DNA of 64,000 bases from a virus: IMG/VR virus record IMGVR_UViG_3300021093_000006, one strand, 5' to 3'. Below the pieces are notes generated by a model. That model had not been told where the DNA came from, did no database searches, and saw only the letters and a program-made list of their open reading frames with translations. Position numbers and translations under genes: made by a program. Shown in pieces: positions 46,702 to 57,388 of this stretch. Positions within the stretch are counted from its first letter, which is position 1; the number at the start of each line of letters is the position of its first letter.

Positions 46702-47616
46702 TCATTTAAATAATAATTCTCTTTCTGTCTTTAACATGTGAAACATATCATCAACGTAATGCGAATAATCTTCACATTTAATGATTTCATAATTAGGATT
46801 TTCTTCATTATACCAAACTAAATAGTTTTCACCAAATCTTAAATTAGTATTTCTTTCTATTATTTTTTTATAGATATTCAACTGTAAAGAATAAGTATTA
46901 AATTCACAAACATCTAAATCTGATAAACAATATTTCATTTTATTACCAAATTCATTAAACATTTTTAATAAAGTATTTGTCTTCCAGTCCCATATTTGAA
47001 GGCATTGATGTTTTACATTCCAAAAAATTTGATCTATCATACCACATAACATTAATTCCTCATCCCCAACAACTAATTCTGATTTTACAGGTATCAATTT
47101 ACCTTGTGCTATTGTATCATTATAAAAATTATGGAAATATCCTTTCATAATGTTATATGTAGATTCAATTTCTTCAAATAATAAACCTTCAGAACTTATT
47201 TTAGGTTCAGGTTTTATCTTATTACTAATATAATTTTCTATATAATCGTGTAATGTAGAACCTTCATAAGTTGCATGAATATTTTTATATCTCCACTCCG
47301 CCTGAATTTGTTCTTCAGTGACCCATTCCGATTTAGGTTTAGGGTTTGAGTAATCAGGTCTACCGTAAGGATCGGATTCCATAGGGTAGTAATTTTGTTT
47401 ATTTGCGTACCTATCCGCCATAGTTTTTGCTACGTAGATATACCCTTGTTTTTCTGCCCACCTATCAAGTTTTAAAATACCATCCTCAAATTCATCTTCA
47501 AATTTATGAATTAATCCTGTACACGATATTGTTTTTATACCATTAATATAATAAGTGTGTGGTTCATCATAATATTTTATATTATTAAAAACTGATAACT
47601 CTTTTAAAATTTGCAT
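46702..47616 (-). CDS. PD-(D/E)xK exonuclease (RecB-like family)
   Basis: GSTLH, GMIDQ, WDWKT, YSLQLNIY. Confidence 0.85.
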   Translation of the reverse strand: MQILKELSVFNNIKYYDEPHTYYINGIKTISCTGLIHKFEDEFEDGILKLDRWAEKQGYIYVAKTMADRYANKQNYYPMESDPYGRPDYSNPKPKSEWVTEEQIQAEWRYKNIHATYEGSTLHDYIENYISNKIKPEPKISSEGLLFEEIESTYNIMKGYFHNFYNDTIAQGKLIPVKSELVVGDEELMLCGMIDQIFWNVKHQCLQIWDWKTNTLLKMFNEFGNKMKYCLSDLDVCEFNTYSLQLNIYKKIIERNTNLRFGENYLVWYNEENPNYEIIKCEDYSHYVDDMFHMLKTERELLFK

Positions 47617-47672
47617 ATTTTACTATATTTATAATTAATAATGATAATGATTTTTTTATTAAAAAACAAATT

Positions 47673-48104
47673 ATGAACAAAAAAATTTTATATAGATTTA
47701 TTAAATTAATTTTTTCTGAATTTGCTGGTGAATGGGAAATTAATGATTACTTTACCGATAAAACTGCATATCAGGAAGTTTTTGATTTTATTCAAAGTGG
47801 TTTAGGGATTAGTGATGCCGATCAAGTAGATTTAATTTACGCCTCTTTTTGTGAAACTTTAAAACATTTAAATGGTAATTTTTCTAATTTTACTGAAAAT
47901 GATGTTATTTTACCAGTTTTGCAAAAGTTTCGTGGCGAAAGAAGTTATTTTGCAACCGTACTATTTAAAGAATTTTATGATTTTGAAACATATTTACCAG
48001 TAATATTGGAGGGTCTAATAGAATCGTATGCAATAGATGAAGATGATGTAAGTACTGATATACGCGAAACTTGGGATGAAGAAATAATTGTAAAAAAAAT
48101 ATAA
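47673..48104 (+). CDS. Hypothetical protein
   Basis: 143-aa ORF; TATTTATA at 47626-47633. Confidence 0.75.
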   Translation: MNKKILYRFIKLIFSEFAGEWEINDYFTDKTAYQEVFDFIQSGLGISDADQVDLIYASFCETLKHLNGNFSNFTENDVILPVLQKFRGERSYFATVLFKEFYDFETYLPVILEGLIESYAIDEDDVSTDIRETWDEEIIVKKI

Positions 48105-48106
48105 TA

Positions 48107-48619
48107 ATGAAAAATATAATTAAACAAATATTAAAAGAAACTTTGGAGGATTTGGAGACTGAAGGTAGTAAATACATAGTTTTTGTTGCAGGAACTAATA
48201 CAACAGGTGTGGCACATAGTACCCAATATGACGCATTTGATAATGGTTTAGGTGATACAGATAAGAATGTTAAGTATTATAATTACAATAATCACCAAAA
48301 TAAAGGATCAGAACTTTATACGTGGTTAGAAAAAAATAAAAATAATGTAGATACACTAGTTTTATTTAGTGCAGCATGTTCATTATCCAATAATTTATCC
48401 CCACTATATGTACCTACATCTAAAACATATTGTATTGAGCCTTGGGCATCTAAAAGTGGGAAAACAACATGGACCAATCTCAATGCCAGTAATTTTTATG
48501 TACACGCAACTGATTGGCATAGAGGTGCTGGGGCTAAAGAAGGCATTCCCGAAAAAAATAAAAATAATTTAATTAGTCATATCGCAGCATTAACAGATGC
48601 GATTAAAAAAATATTTTAA
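48107..48619 (+). CDS. Hypothetical protein, possible alpha/beta-hydrolase-like fold
   Basis: IKQILKE N-terminus; VFVAG and VLFSAA strands. Confidence 0.55.
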   Translation: MKNIIKQILKETLEDLETEGSKYIVFVAGTNTTGVAHSTQYDAFDNGLGDTDKNVKYYNYNNHQNKGSELYTWLEKNKNNVDTLVLFSAACSLSNNLSPLYVPTSKTYCIEPWASKSGKTTWTNLNASNFYVHATDWHRGAGAKEGIPEKNKNNLISHIAALTDAIKKIF

Positions 48620-48731
48620 CAAAGTTTTTTAGTTAAAATATGATTCACAATCAGGTAAAAATCAAAAACAGATTATGATTTCTTATAAAACAAAAAAGGA
48701 GTCCGTAGACTCCATAGTTTTTAATATTTTA

Positions 48732-49154
48732 TCAGAGATTAGAAATTCTTTCTAACACATTATGTAACGAGTTTTTAATTTGAGAATTCACAGTTTCTTC
48801 ATATTTTAATCTTCTTTTTTCTGTCTCAACATCAAAAATGTATGTAACTCTTTCCCAATCTCTATTAGTTAGTTTTACACTATAATGATATACATGATTT
48901 GTTAAATCAATTCTACCATAATCCATTGTAATAAAAAGATCCATTTCTTTATTTTCAATGTATCTTTTATTTGACATAGGTGCAATCATAAATTTTGTTG
49001 CGGGATGTTTAATCATTTGAAGACATACTTGAAAACAAGTCTTTTCATATGAAGTCGGTTCTTCCTCATATGTTTTAAACATTTTACTCTTTTTACTTAA
49101 CAAATAAAATCTAAGTTTTATTCTCCTAAAAAATCTAATTATTCTTTTTACCAT
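48732..49154 (-). CDS. Hypothetical protein
   Basis: 140 aa; TATATTTG promoter at 49170-49177. Confidence 0.75.
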   Translation of the reverse strand: MVKRIIRFFRRIKLRFYLLSKKSKMFKTYEEEPTSYEKTCFQVCLQMIKHPATKFMIAPMSNKRYIENKEMDLFITMDYGRIDLTNHVYHYSVKLTNRDWERVTYIFDVETEKRRLKYEETVNSQIKNSLHNVLERISNL

Positions 49155-49190
49155 TGTTTATTATTTATACAAATATAAATAAAAATTTTA

Positions 49191-50144
49191 TTATAACAAA
49201 CTTTCTTTAATTTTTTTTGCAGTAAATAGAATATCTATTACACCTTTTTTACCTAATCTTTGATTAATGTCAGAAATATCATAACCATCAGGTAACTTAA
49301 TTATCATAACTCTATCCATTAATTTAGTAGAATTTAATTTCTTATATAACTTAATTGAGTCATTATATGCGTCAGAATCTAACAAAATGATTACTTTACA
49401 TTCTGCCTTTCTTACTAACTGAGTAAATAAATTTTCACTCATAACTTTACCTAACATAGGGATACTATTTGGTACTACTATATGATCGAATACACCTTCT
49501 ACTATATAAATGTTAGAATCCCATATAATTTTACCTTCATTAAATATAATTTCTGTTTTAGGGATATCAGGATTTTTATATTTTAATTTACTATACTTAT
49601 CATAACTTCTACCTAAAAAATAGTTGGTGTCTCCGTGTATATCATAAGAAGGGAAAATTACTCTGCCCGCATACTCACCAGTTTCGCAATAACCTATATT
49701 AAATTTTTTTATGGTATCAAAATCAATATTTCTTTTTTTAAGATATTCCATAGATTTTTTATACGCAGTAGTAAAAGATTCAATAGATAATGGTATAAAT
49801 TCTTTAGGTAACCCATCTAAAATTTTTACTTCAACATTCCTTTTAAAATTATCTACTAATTCAGGTGTTACTAATTTATATTTTTTAAGATCAGATTTTG
49901 TTCCGTATTGTTTTACTAATTTATATATTGAACCATGTGTGTTATTAGTTTCGGAACATGCCCAACATTTATAAACATTACTATCATAATTAATCTCTAA
50001 ATTACCTTTTCCATCACCCTTTTCTAACCCTTTTATATCGTATGAGCAGACAGGACAATCGAAAGATATTTGTGACTTATCTTTGTAATGTTTTCTGGGT
50101 TCACCCAAAATACTTTCTAATATTTCTACAATTATTTCAGACAT
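49191..50144 (-). CDS. DNA primase (Zn finger + TOPRIM)
   Basis: CPVC...CWAC, YLKKR, VEGVFD, LLDSDA. Confidence 0.9.
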   Translation of the reverse strand: MSEIIVEILESILGEPRKHYKDKSQISFDCPVCSYDIKGLEKGDGKGNLEINYDSNVYKCWACSETNNTHGSIYKLVKQYGTKSDLKKYKLVTPELVDNFKRNVEVKILDGLPKEFIPLSIESFTTAYKKSMEYLKKRNIDFDTIKKFNIGYCETGEYAGRVIFPSYDIHGDTNYFLGRSYDKYSKLKYKNPDIPKTEIIFNEGKIIWDSNIYIVEGVFDHIVVPNSIPMLGKVMSENLFTQLVRKAECKVIILLDSDAYNDSIKLYKKLNSTKLMDRVMIIKLPDGYDISDINQRLGKKGVIDILFTAKKIKESLL

Positions 50145-50232
50145 CGATTACAAATATAATAATTTTTTTTAATATGCAAAAAAATATCGCCTAAAAAGAC
50201 GATACTTCAAATTATCGGTGATTTAAACGATA

Positions 50233-50865
50233 TTACTTCCACTTACCCTCTTTCATCATTTGCCCTAAAACACAGGTATATGCATCTGTCATATCATAAT
50301 TTTCTTTTGTTAATTTTTGATGTCTATCATACATCCATATAATTTGAGGTTCTCTTTCATTTACTTTTTCCCAAATAACTACCTTTTTATCTGTATCCCA
50401 AGGATACGCACCAAACAAAACAGGTTGTTTTTTATCAATATCTTTTTCAGTATACGCCTCACCTTTTTTATTATGTGTTCTAACTTGCATTAAATCAGGA
50501 AATGCAAATTTTCTGGCATCATAAGACGATATAAATTCGGGAACAATGTTTAGGACTTCATAAACTGATCTACAAATCATCCCATTGAATCGTAATAGTG
50601 TGGAAACCGTATTTACATTATTAGATTGTAATAAAGGTTCTTCTATGATTACTCTACTAATATCTATATCACTATACTTTTCTAAAAAATCAAACTGAAA
50701 AACTTGCGCCTTTTTGATTAATAATTCAATATTATCAACGGGTTTTGGTTTAACTTTAGGTGTTATGTGAGTTAATAATTGTAATTTACCGTTATCACCA
50801 TTATCTTCAAATAAAGATATACCTATTGTTTTAGTGGATACATCCAATCCTAATATTCTACTCAT
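50233..50865 (-). CDS. RuvC-like Holliday junction resolvase
   Basis: ILGLDVST, VIIEEP and DMTDAY acidic motifs. Confidence 0.8.
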   Translation of the reverse strand: MSRILGLDVSTKTIGISLFEDNGDNGKLQLLTHITPKVKPKPVDNIELLIKKAQVFQFDFLEKYSDIDISRVIIEEPLLQSNNVNTVSTLLRFNGMICRSVYEVLNIVPEFISSYDARKFAFPDLMQVRTHNKKGEAYTEKDIDKKQPVLFGAYPWDTDKKVVIWEKVNEREPQIIWMYDRHQKLTKENYDMTDAYTCVLGQMMKEGKWK

Positions 50866-50886
50866 AAAAACTTTAATAAAAAAATG

Positions 50887-52182
50887 TTATATTATAATTT
50901 GTACATCGAAAACTACAAAATCATTTTTCTTTTTAACTATATGTCTATCTGTCTTACCTATTGCTAAAACATTTCCAGATATATCTGTTATCGCAACTTC
51001 ACTAATTCTAACATCATCATAAACTGTTAATGTTTCATTTTGTGAATTATAAAATTCACCTCTAGCTGCAATACAAACAATATTCTGTACTAAATCTTTT
51101 TGTATGCTATCGATAACCGTATTATAAGTACTAGCACTATAATAGTAAAGTCCTAAACTATTATTTATGATATTTGTATCAGTATCCCCACTAAAATTAA
51201 TTGCAATATTATTAACTATATTCGTATCAGTTATTGCAAAAATACCTTTATCTAAATATATAACACCCGCAATTTTATCTGCATAAATTCCTGTAGATGA
51301 TACTGTTTGCACATTTATCAATTCTTTACCATTCAAACTAAACGGTTTAAAGGTATCGTAACCAGTTGACCAACTTTTTGAGGTATTATTATTTGGTTTT
51401 TTAATTTTATCAGAAACTAAATACGAAACGTTTATTTTTCTACCAAAAAGGGATTGCGGATAACTACTTTCATCAATATACTGATTATCTAATTCTGTTT
51501 TAGGTATTGTAGTTCTAGGGTATGTACTATATATTTCATAGGTTGTTATACCCGTTGGCGTTCCTCCAGTAGTAAAACCAGTATAAACAGGTAAATTAAT
51601 TTTTACACTTTTCCCATCTATTATCTCACCATACTGACTATTATTAATTACACCTAATAAAACTTTTGTCATACCTAAACCGCTGAAAGGTGTGTCTAAC
51701 CATCCCCCATTTTGTGAAGTTGTTCCCGTATAAATGTTTACTGTCTTAGGTTTAATGGGTAATGATAAACTTTTAAAATAGTTAGTATTTTGACTGAATG
51801 TATCGATTCTATCTATTTGAACATAAGTCAAATTAGAACCGCTAACAGTAGTTTCACCTATTTCATTAGTTACTATATTTACCTTAGCGGAATTAGCTTC
51901 AACAGATTTTTTTATGGTTGGTGCGACAGTTACAAACAATTTACTATTAATACCTAAATTTTCAGAAATATTATCATTTGTATTATTCCCACTACCTAAA
52001 TCACCACTATCCGCAGGAATTCTACCCGTATTTAATTTACTTTCTGTATTGTAATTTGCATCAGAATCCCCCAAAATAAAGTGTGAGAAAATTGTATTAC
52101 TACCAGTTAATAATCTTTGTCTACCAAGATTAGTTAATCTAGCTCTAATTGTTACTGTGGTTGCACTATTTATGAATCCCAT
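50887..52182 (-). CDS. Tail/baseplate structural protein (tail-collar-fibre-like termini)
   Basis: LTNLGRQRL..FILGD N-terminus, SEVAITD..GNVLAIGK C-terminus; paralog of next gene. Confidence 0.65.
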   Translation of the reverse strand: MGFINSATTVTIRARLTNLGRQRLLTGSNTIFSHFILGDSDANYNTESKLNTGRIPADSGDLGSGNNTNDNISENLGINSKLFVTVAPTIKKSVEANSAKVNIVTNEIGETTVSGSNLTYVQIDRIDTFSQNTNYFKSLSLPIKPKTVNIYTGTTSQNGGWLDTPFSGLGMTKVLLGVINNSQYGEIIDGKSVKINLPVYTGFTTGGTPTGITTYEIYSTYPRTTIPKTELDNQYIDESSYPQSLFGRKINVSYLVSDKIKKPNNNTSKSWSTGYDTFKPFSLNGKELINVQTVSSTGIYADKIAGVIYLDKGIFAITDTNIVNNIAINFSGDTDTNIINNSLGLYYYSASTYNTVIDSIQKDLVQNIVCIAARGEFYNSQNETLTVYDDVRISEVAITDISGNVLAIGKTDRHIVKKKNDFVVFDVQIII

Positions 52183-52194
52183 TTTTTTAAAAAT

Positions 52195-54438
52195 TTAAAA
52201 GTCTATTGTTAATTCTATTGACGCAGTTGTAGAATCCGAAATTCTTATCGGTCTAGACAACTTACCAACTAAAACTAAATTTTGATTATTATCTAAAATA
52301 CCTATTTCACTCACATATCTATCATCCCCAAATTCAAAAGTAGGGTTACTACTTGATGCGATGGATGCTCCATCAATATTAATATTAAATAATGATTTAT
52401 ATATTGTTGCACCTATATGTGTTCTAAGGTTACCATAAAATAATCTTTCATCACCAAAAGTCATTCTATCGTAATAACTTGCATTTGTTAAATCTAATTC
52501 CGCACCTAAGTTAAATGTAGTGGCACCTGTATATAAAGATCCTGTTAAAATAAATCCTGTAATATTGGGATTTTGGTTTTCGAATAACAATGGATTTATA
52601 GTTTCACCACTATTACCTGTTATGTTTGTAGACGTAAAATCAACAACTTTCCAATTAGAAGGTAAAGGTCTAGTTTGTGTACTAATGTTAATTACTTGAG
52701 ATAATACTTTAAAAGTATCCGCAAAAAATCCATATCCATCATATAAGACATTTTCTCTTTTTCTCATATAAGGTAGTTGTCCAACATTATTAATTCTAAA
52801 TTGAACATCTTTATCAGAATTAGTATCATTATCAATTACAATATATCTTTGACAAGGTAAAATTGGTGTAGTAACTGTGGTGGTACCTGTTGTACCTGTA
52901 CCAACATTTTCTAACCAATATGTTAAATACATCCTTTCTCCCGCTTTTAAAGATCCAGTACAATTTCCATTTATTGGTGAAATTAATTCCGCTGATAAAT
53001 CAGGTAAAGTATAATTTCTATTTGACCTATAAGACATTGCTGCAACTAATTCCTCATTATCTATAACTACTATCTGTAATTGAGGGAAGACTTTACCCAC
53101 AACTAATGGTAATGTAGGAGTTACTGACATACCACTAAATTCGATAAGATCATAATATTCAATATCATTATTAGATGATAATGTTTTTTTAATTGTGTCA
53201 GATGTAAATCTCATCCCTAATGTTGTTCCACTTCCTGAACCAACATCATTTCTTCTATGCCACATTACAGGTATATCTAAATTTAATAATTTACCTGTTT
53301 CTTGATCAATATAAAATTGTTCACCATAAAAATTAGAAATACAACTGTTTGTATAATGTATAATAGAAATTGATTTCCTATACGGATCAATATAACTTAA
53401 TGCTTGATTTACACCACAAATAGATGTTGCATCATTTGTATCACAAACTAAATTTTCATTATACCCTAAATATTGTTTTGTACCTGTATAATGTTCTGAA
53501 CCAAATAAATTGTGTTCATGAAAATTAATCGGTGAGTCTTTAAATAACCCTGCAGGATTTTCTGTCCAAACATTATTCATATTCCAAACGGGTATATTTT
53601 CCACACAAATATCGCAACTACTATCAAATGACAACGTACCTGTATTCCAATAAGCGGATAATGAATTTAAACCATAATAATCATCAGTAGGGTTATCACC
53701 ACCTGGAATTGTATAATAAGTAATTATTGTACCTGAATATGCACTTAATGTAGGTAAAGTTCTATCTACTCTAATTGTTGACCCACTTAAATACGTAATA
53801 TTATATGTGGTGTTAACTGTCGCACCAGTCATAGTATCACCAGTAACATTTCCTAATGTAGGGTTACTAAATCTAAATACTATGTAATCGTTTACACTAG
53901 TTGCAGTTAGTGGAGAATCTAAAACTAAAATACCTTGTGTGTAAGTTGTAAAATCGGCAGAACCGTCAAATTTACCTAAATCAATTGTTCCACTTTCTTT
54001 TATAAATTTACTTCCTGTTTGAGCAACTAAACCTGTATCAACAGTTGACCCAGAAAAGAATCCTCTGTCTTCAGCTTCGTTAGTGACAATACCTTTTATT
54101 AATTGTATATTACTTTGTTGATTTAAAGGATAAACGAATTGATTACTTTGGTTAAGTAGGAACGTAGAGAAAAAGGGATTATCGTCTTTAGGTCTCAATA
54201 CTTTTGAAAAAATATTTTTTTGTATGTTACCATCTGCCTCAACAAAATAAAATTCTCCCGTTGACGCACCTATAGATGGAACAAATTCCTTCCAACCCTT
54301 CACATAATTATAATCCACTTCTGAATCACCAATTATATAATTGGCAAAAGTTAATTGTCCTTTAGCTAACTGTTCTCTACCACTATCAGTTAATTTTACT
54401 CTTACTAATGTTGTACTTTGTTTATTTATATAACTCAT
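52195..54438 (-). CDS. Tail/baseplate structural protein (tail-collar-fibre-like termini)
   Basis: LTDSGREQLA..IIGD N-terminus, SEIGILD..LVLVGK C-terminus. Confidence 0.65.
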   Translation of the reverse strand: MSYINKQSTTLVRVKLTDSGREQLAKGQLTFANYIIGDSEVDYNYVKGWKEFVPSIGASTGEFYFVEADGNIQKNIFSKVLRPKDDNPFFSTFLLNQSNQFVYPLNQQSNIQLIKGIVTNEAEDRGFFSGSTVDTGLVAQTGSKFIKESGTIDLGKFDGSADFTTYTQGILVLDSPLTATSVNDYIVFRFSNPTLGNVTGDTMTGATVNTTYNITYLSGSTIRVDRTLPTLSAYSGTIITYYTIPGGDNPTDDYYGLNSLSAYWNTGTLSFDSSCDICVENIPVWNMNNVWTENPAGLFKDSPINFHEHNLFGSEHYTGTKQYLGYNENLVCDTNDATSICGVNQALSYIDPYRKSISIIHYTNSCISNFYGEQFYIDQETGKLLNLDIPVMWHRRNDVGSGSGTTLGMRFTSDTIKKTLSSNNDIEYYDLIEFSGMSVTPTLPLVVGKVFPQLQIVVIDNEELVAAMSYRSNRNYTLPDLSAELISPINGNCTGSLKAGERMYLTYWLENVGTGTTGTTTVTTPILPCQRYIVIDNDTNSDKDVQFRINNVGQLPYMRKRENVLYDGYGFFADTFKVLSQVINISTQTRPLPSNWKVVDFTSTNITGNSGETINPLLFENQNPNITGFILTGSLYTGATTFNLGAELDLTNASYYDRMTFGDERLFYGNLRTHIGATIYKSLFNINIDGASIASSSNPTFEFGDDRYVSEIGILDNNQNLVLVGKLSRPIRISDSTTASIELTIDF

Positions 54439-54478
54439 TTTCCTCTATTTTTTAATAAATATTCTAAATTTCATATTA

Positions 54479-57385
54479 TTAATATGTGTTACCTGCATTT
54501 GTTAGTATTTCTATATTATTTATACTACTATAATTAACACTATATATTGTTTCACCTATAATAGGGGTATAAAATTTTTCATTTTTTACCCTATATATAA
54601 ATTTATCACCCGCACTAGCATTTGTCAATGTTAAATTTAAACTATATGTTTTTAACCCCACTACATATTCAACTACTTCACTATAAATGATATTTTGGAA
54701 ATTTATATCTAATGGGTCAGTAACCTCAACAGTGAATTTACCATTAAGACTTAGTGGTGCTGAGTTAATTGACCAACTCAATATAGGGTTGTTTGTTGAA
54801 ATTCCTCCATTTGCAGGTGCGGTAGGTACATAAAATGCTTGTAGTATATCACCTATACTTAAATTTTCTTCTAAAATAATTCTTCTTGCATCACTAACTG
54901 ATGGATAATATTCTATATCTTTAGTTAAAACAGAACCATTTAAAGATAAAACTGAATCACTATTAGGTACACTAACTAAATAAAATTCATACTTATTTGT
55001 AGTTGTATTATAAAATACTCTATCAGTAGTAGATTGTGTCCCAGTTGCACCACTAACTATTGGGGTTGTAATAGTGTAAATATCACCAAATAAATCGTTA
55101 GCCTTACCATCGGTTATGAATGCGTAAGTTAAAATTTGTTTATCTAATGGTGTAAATAATAATTTTATGTATGGTGTTGATGCGGTTGTATTTGCACTAT
55201 ATTCTATATTTTTTGCTAATACAGAACCATTATAGCTTACTATTGGATCGGATAAACCTTGTATACTATATTCAGTAGTACCAGTTTCAGTGAATTGTGT
55301 GGAAACCACCAATGAATTCAATGAAGGTGCTGACGGTGCTTTATTATCATTAAATGTAGGTATTTCTGCCTCAAATAAATTTATAAAATACCAATCTGTT
55401 TCTGGATAATATAAACCATATAAATTTCCCCTCTTATATGTATCAACACTATTTTTTCTTACTAACTGTTGTTTAGCTAAAAATGTGTTTACATCATAAC
55501 TCCAATAAGGTTTAATTAAGAATTCACCTTCACCTATATTTAAAGAGGGTATAAATATTGTATTTCCAGTATTTCCAGTTAAATCTACATATGGGAGTGA
55601 AAAATTATATAATGCAGAAGTATCAAAAAATCCACTACTTTGGTTATATTTATAAACTTCACCGTAAAAAGATAACTTATTAGTTTCAATCACACCATTT
55701 ATATTATTCACTAAAAGTTCGAAAGAAAAACCTGTTCTACTTCTAGGTGTTATATAAACACATCTATCACAAGATAATGATTTAGTAGTAACTATATTCG
55801 GTAATCCCCAATAAGAAGTTGTACCTGTTATTTGTGGAGTATTTAAATTAAACGCATTTTGTTCAAAATTACACTGAACTCCTAATCCATTTGGTCTATG
55901 TATAATATGTAAATTATTACTATTATAATCTGCAACATATATTCTTTCATCAGGTGCCATTTGTAATGCCCCTAAACTAGATCCTGTTACATTTGCAATA
56001 GTTATTACATTTTCTAAAATCTCAGTAGATGATGTATAAGATAAATCAAACTGATATATCTTTTCACCCGCACCTTCTGAAACATAAAATTTAGAGGAAT
56101 CCGATGAAAATTCTAAACCATAAGGTCCAACATCGAAAGTCATTCCTGTTATAGTTATTAGATTAGATAAAGTTCCTGCAGAGGATTCAAAATCTAAAAT
56201 ATCTATTATATCTTCATCATATAATAGAGAAATTAATTTAGAACCATCAGGAGATGTTTTCATATAACCTCTCGCACTATTATGAACACTACCTATATTC
56301 GATACTATTGGACCACTTAAACCTAAAGAATTAACACTATAAACGTAGTAATTAGTGTCACCACTAGTATGTGTAATTACCCAAAAATCCTCCCCATTAC
56401 TATGATTACATGCAGTAACTTTTTCAGTCAAAGGTGAATTGATGAGTTTAATATTTTTAGTCTCAACCTCACCTTGTCCATTTTGTAAATCCATATTTAC
56501 TACTGAGTATTCAAAACCATTTGGTGATCCATTATAGTCAGTAGTAAATACAAAATATTTATTTGAGTTTGATCTAGGTACAATGATAGAAGATTGTGTA
56601 GATGTTCCAGAACTAGATAAACCTGTACCATTTAACATTATAGTATTTGCACTAGTATATATAGTCTCTCCATTAGTATAAAATAAAAGACTACCTTTTT
56701 CATTAGATATAGATGAAACACCTTCTTGTGAAACCATTGATCCTGTGATCGGTATAGGTTCATTACCGTTTATAATATTATTAAAATCTATTCCCGCATT
56801 TTGCCCAAATAACCAGTTATAATTTAATCTATCATACGTATAACCTGTATATGTTACTGGTCCACATAATGTATCGGCAGAAGTTGCAGGTATTTTTCTA
56901 ACACCTCTCATAGTAATTTGTGGGAAATCAAAACTATCAAAGTCTGATCTTTCAATATGACTATACATTTCTCTGTTACTTACAGGCTCCCACCCAAAAT
57001 TTTGACTTTCACTTCTACTCGAAAGTAATTGATAAGTTTTACCTCCATCAATATACCTTATTTGGTTATTTGGGTATATTGGTATTGGTAATATAGTATC
57101 GCTACTATTACCTGATAAAAATAATGTTAATGTCTTTTCTGTTAACAAATTTCTAAAAATAGATTGCCCGTATTTTTCTGGTTTAGAAAAAGTAAAAATA
57201 TTATCTATTCTAGATAAATCTAAAGGTAAGAATAATGCAGTTCTTGTTTCTAAAAATGTAGATAGTGAAGATGCCTGATAAGTCATATCTGTACCAATTC
57301 TAACTTCAACAGGTGTTTCTATTTCATTTATAACTTCACCACCCATTAAAATGGGATTTATTATTTTACCTCTAATACTCGCCAT
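54479..57385 (-). CDS. Structural protein with beta-propeller domain
   Basis: NWLFGQNAGIDF, SPDGSKL, FSSDSSKFY, APDERIY blade repeats. Confidence 0.7.
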   Translation of the reverse strand: MASIRGKIINPILMGGEVINEIETPVEVRIGTDMTYQASSLSTFLETRTALFLPLDLSRIDNIFTFSKPEKYGQSIFRNLLTEKTLTLFLSGNSSDTILPIPIYPNNQIRYIDGGKTYQLLSSRSESQNFGWEPVSNREMYSHIERSDFDSFDFPQITMRGVRKIPATSADTLCGPVTYTGYTYDRLNYNWLFGQNAGIDFNNIINGNEPIPITGSMVSQEGVSSISNEKGSLLFYTNGETIYTSANTIMLNGTGLSSSGTSTQSSIIVPRSNSNKYFVFTTDYNGSPNGFEYSVVNMDLQNGQGEVETKNIKLINSPLTEKVTACNHSNGEDFWVITHTSGDTNYYVYSVNSLGLSGPIVSNIGSVHNSARGYMKTSPDGSKLISLLYDEDIIDILDFESSAGTLSNLITITGMTFDVGPYGLEFSSDSSKFYVSEGAGEKIYQFDLSYTSSTEILENVITIANVTGSSLGALQMAPDERIYVADYNSNNLHIIHRPNGLGVQCNFEQNAFNLNTPQITGTTSYWGLPNIVTTKSLSCDRCVYITPRSRTGFSFELLVNNINGVIETNKLSFYGEVYKYNQSSGFFDTSALYNFSLPYVDLTGNTGNTIFIPSLNIGEGEFLIKPYWSYDVNTFLAKQQLVRKNSVDTYKRGNLYGLYYPETDWYFINLFEAEIPTFNDNKAPSAPSLNSLVVSTQFTETGTTEYSIQGLSDPIVSYNGSVLAKNIEYSANTTASTPYIKLLFTPLDKQILTYAFITDGKANDLFGDIYTITTPIVSGATGTQSTTDRVFYNTTTNKYEFYLVSVPNSDSVLSLNGSVLTKDIEYYPSVSDARRIILEENLSIGDILQAFYVPTAPANGGISTNNPILSWSINSAPLSLNGKFTVEVTDPLDINFQNIIYSEVVEYVVGLKTYSLNLTLTNASAGDKFIYRVKNEKFYTPIIGETIYSVNYSSINNIEILTNAGNTY

Positions 57386-57388
57386 ATT

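Noticed and set aside
46702-47616. Cas4 call
   Set aside because: It lacks the four-Cys Fe-S arrangement and there are no cas genes or arrays nearby; the context is the recombination cluster.
47965-48572. Alternative ORFs 47965-48177(-), 48369-48572(+) and 57493-57717(-)
   Set aside because: Nested in other frames of longer, better-supported genes.
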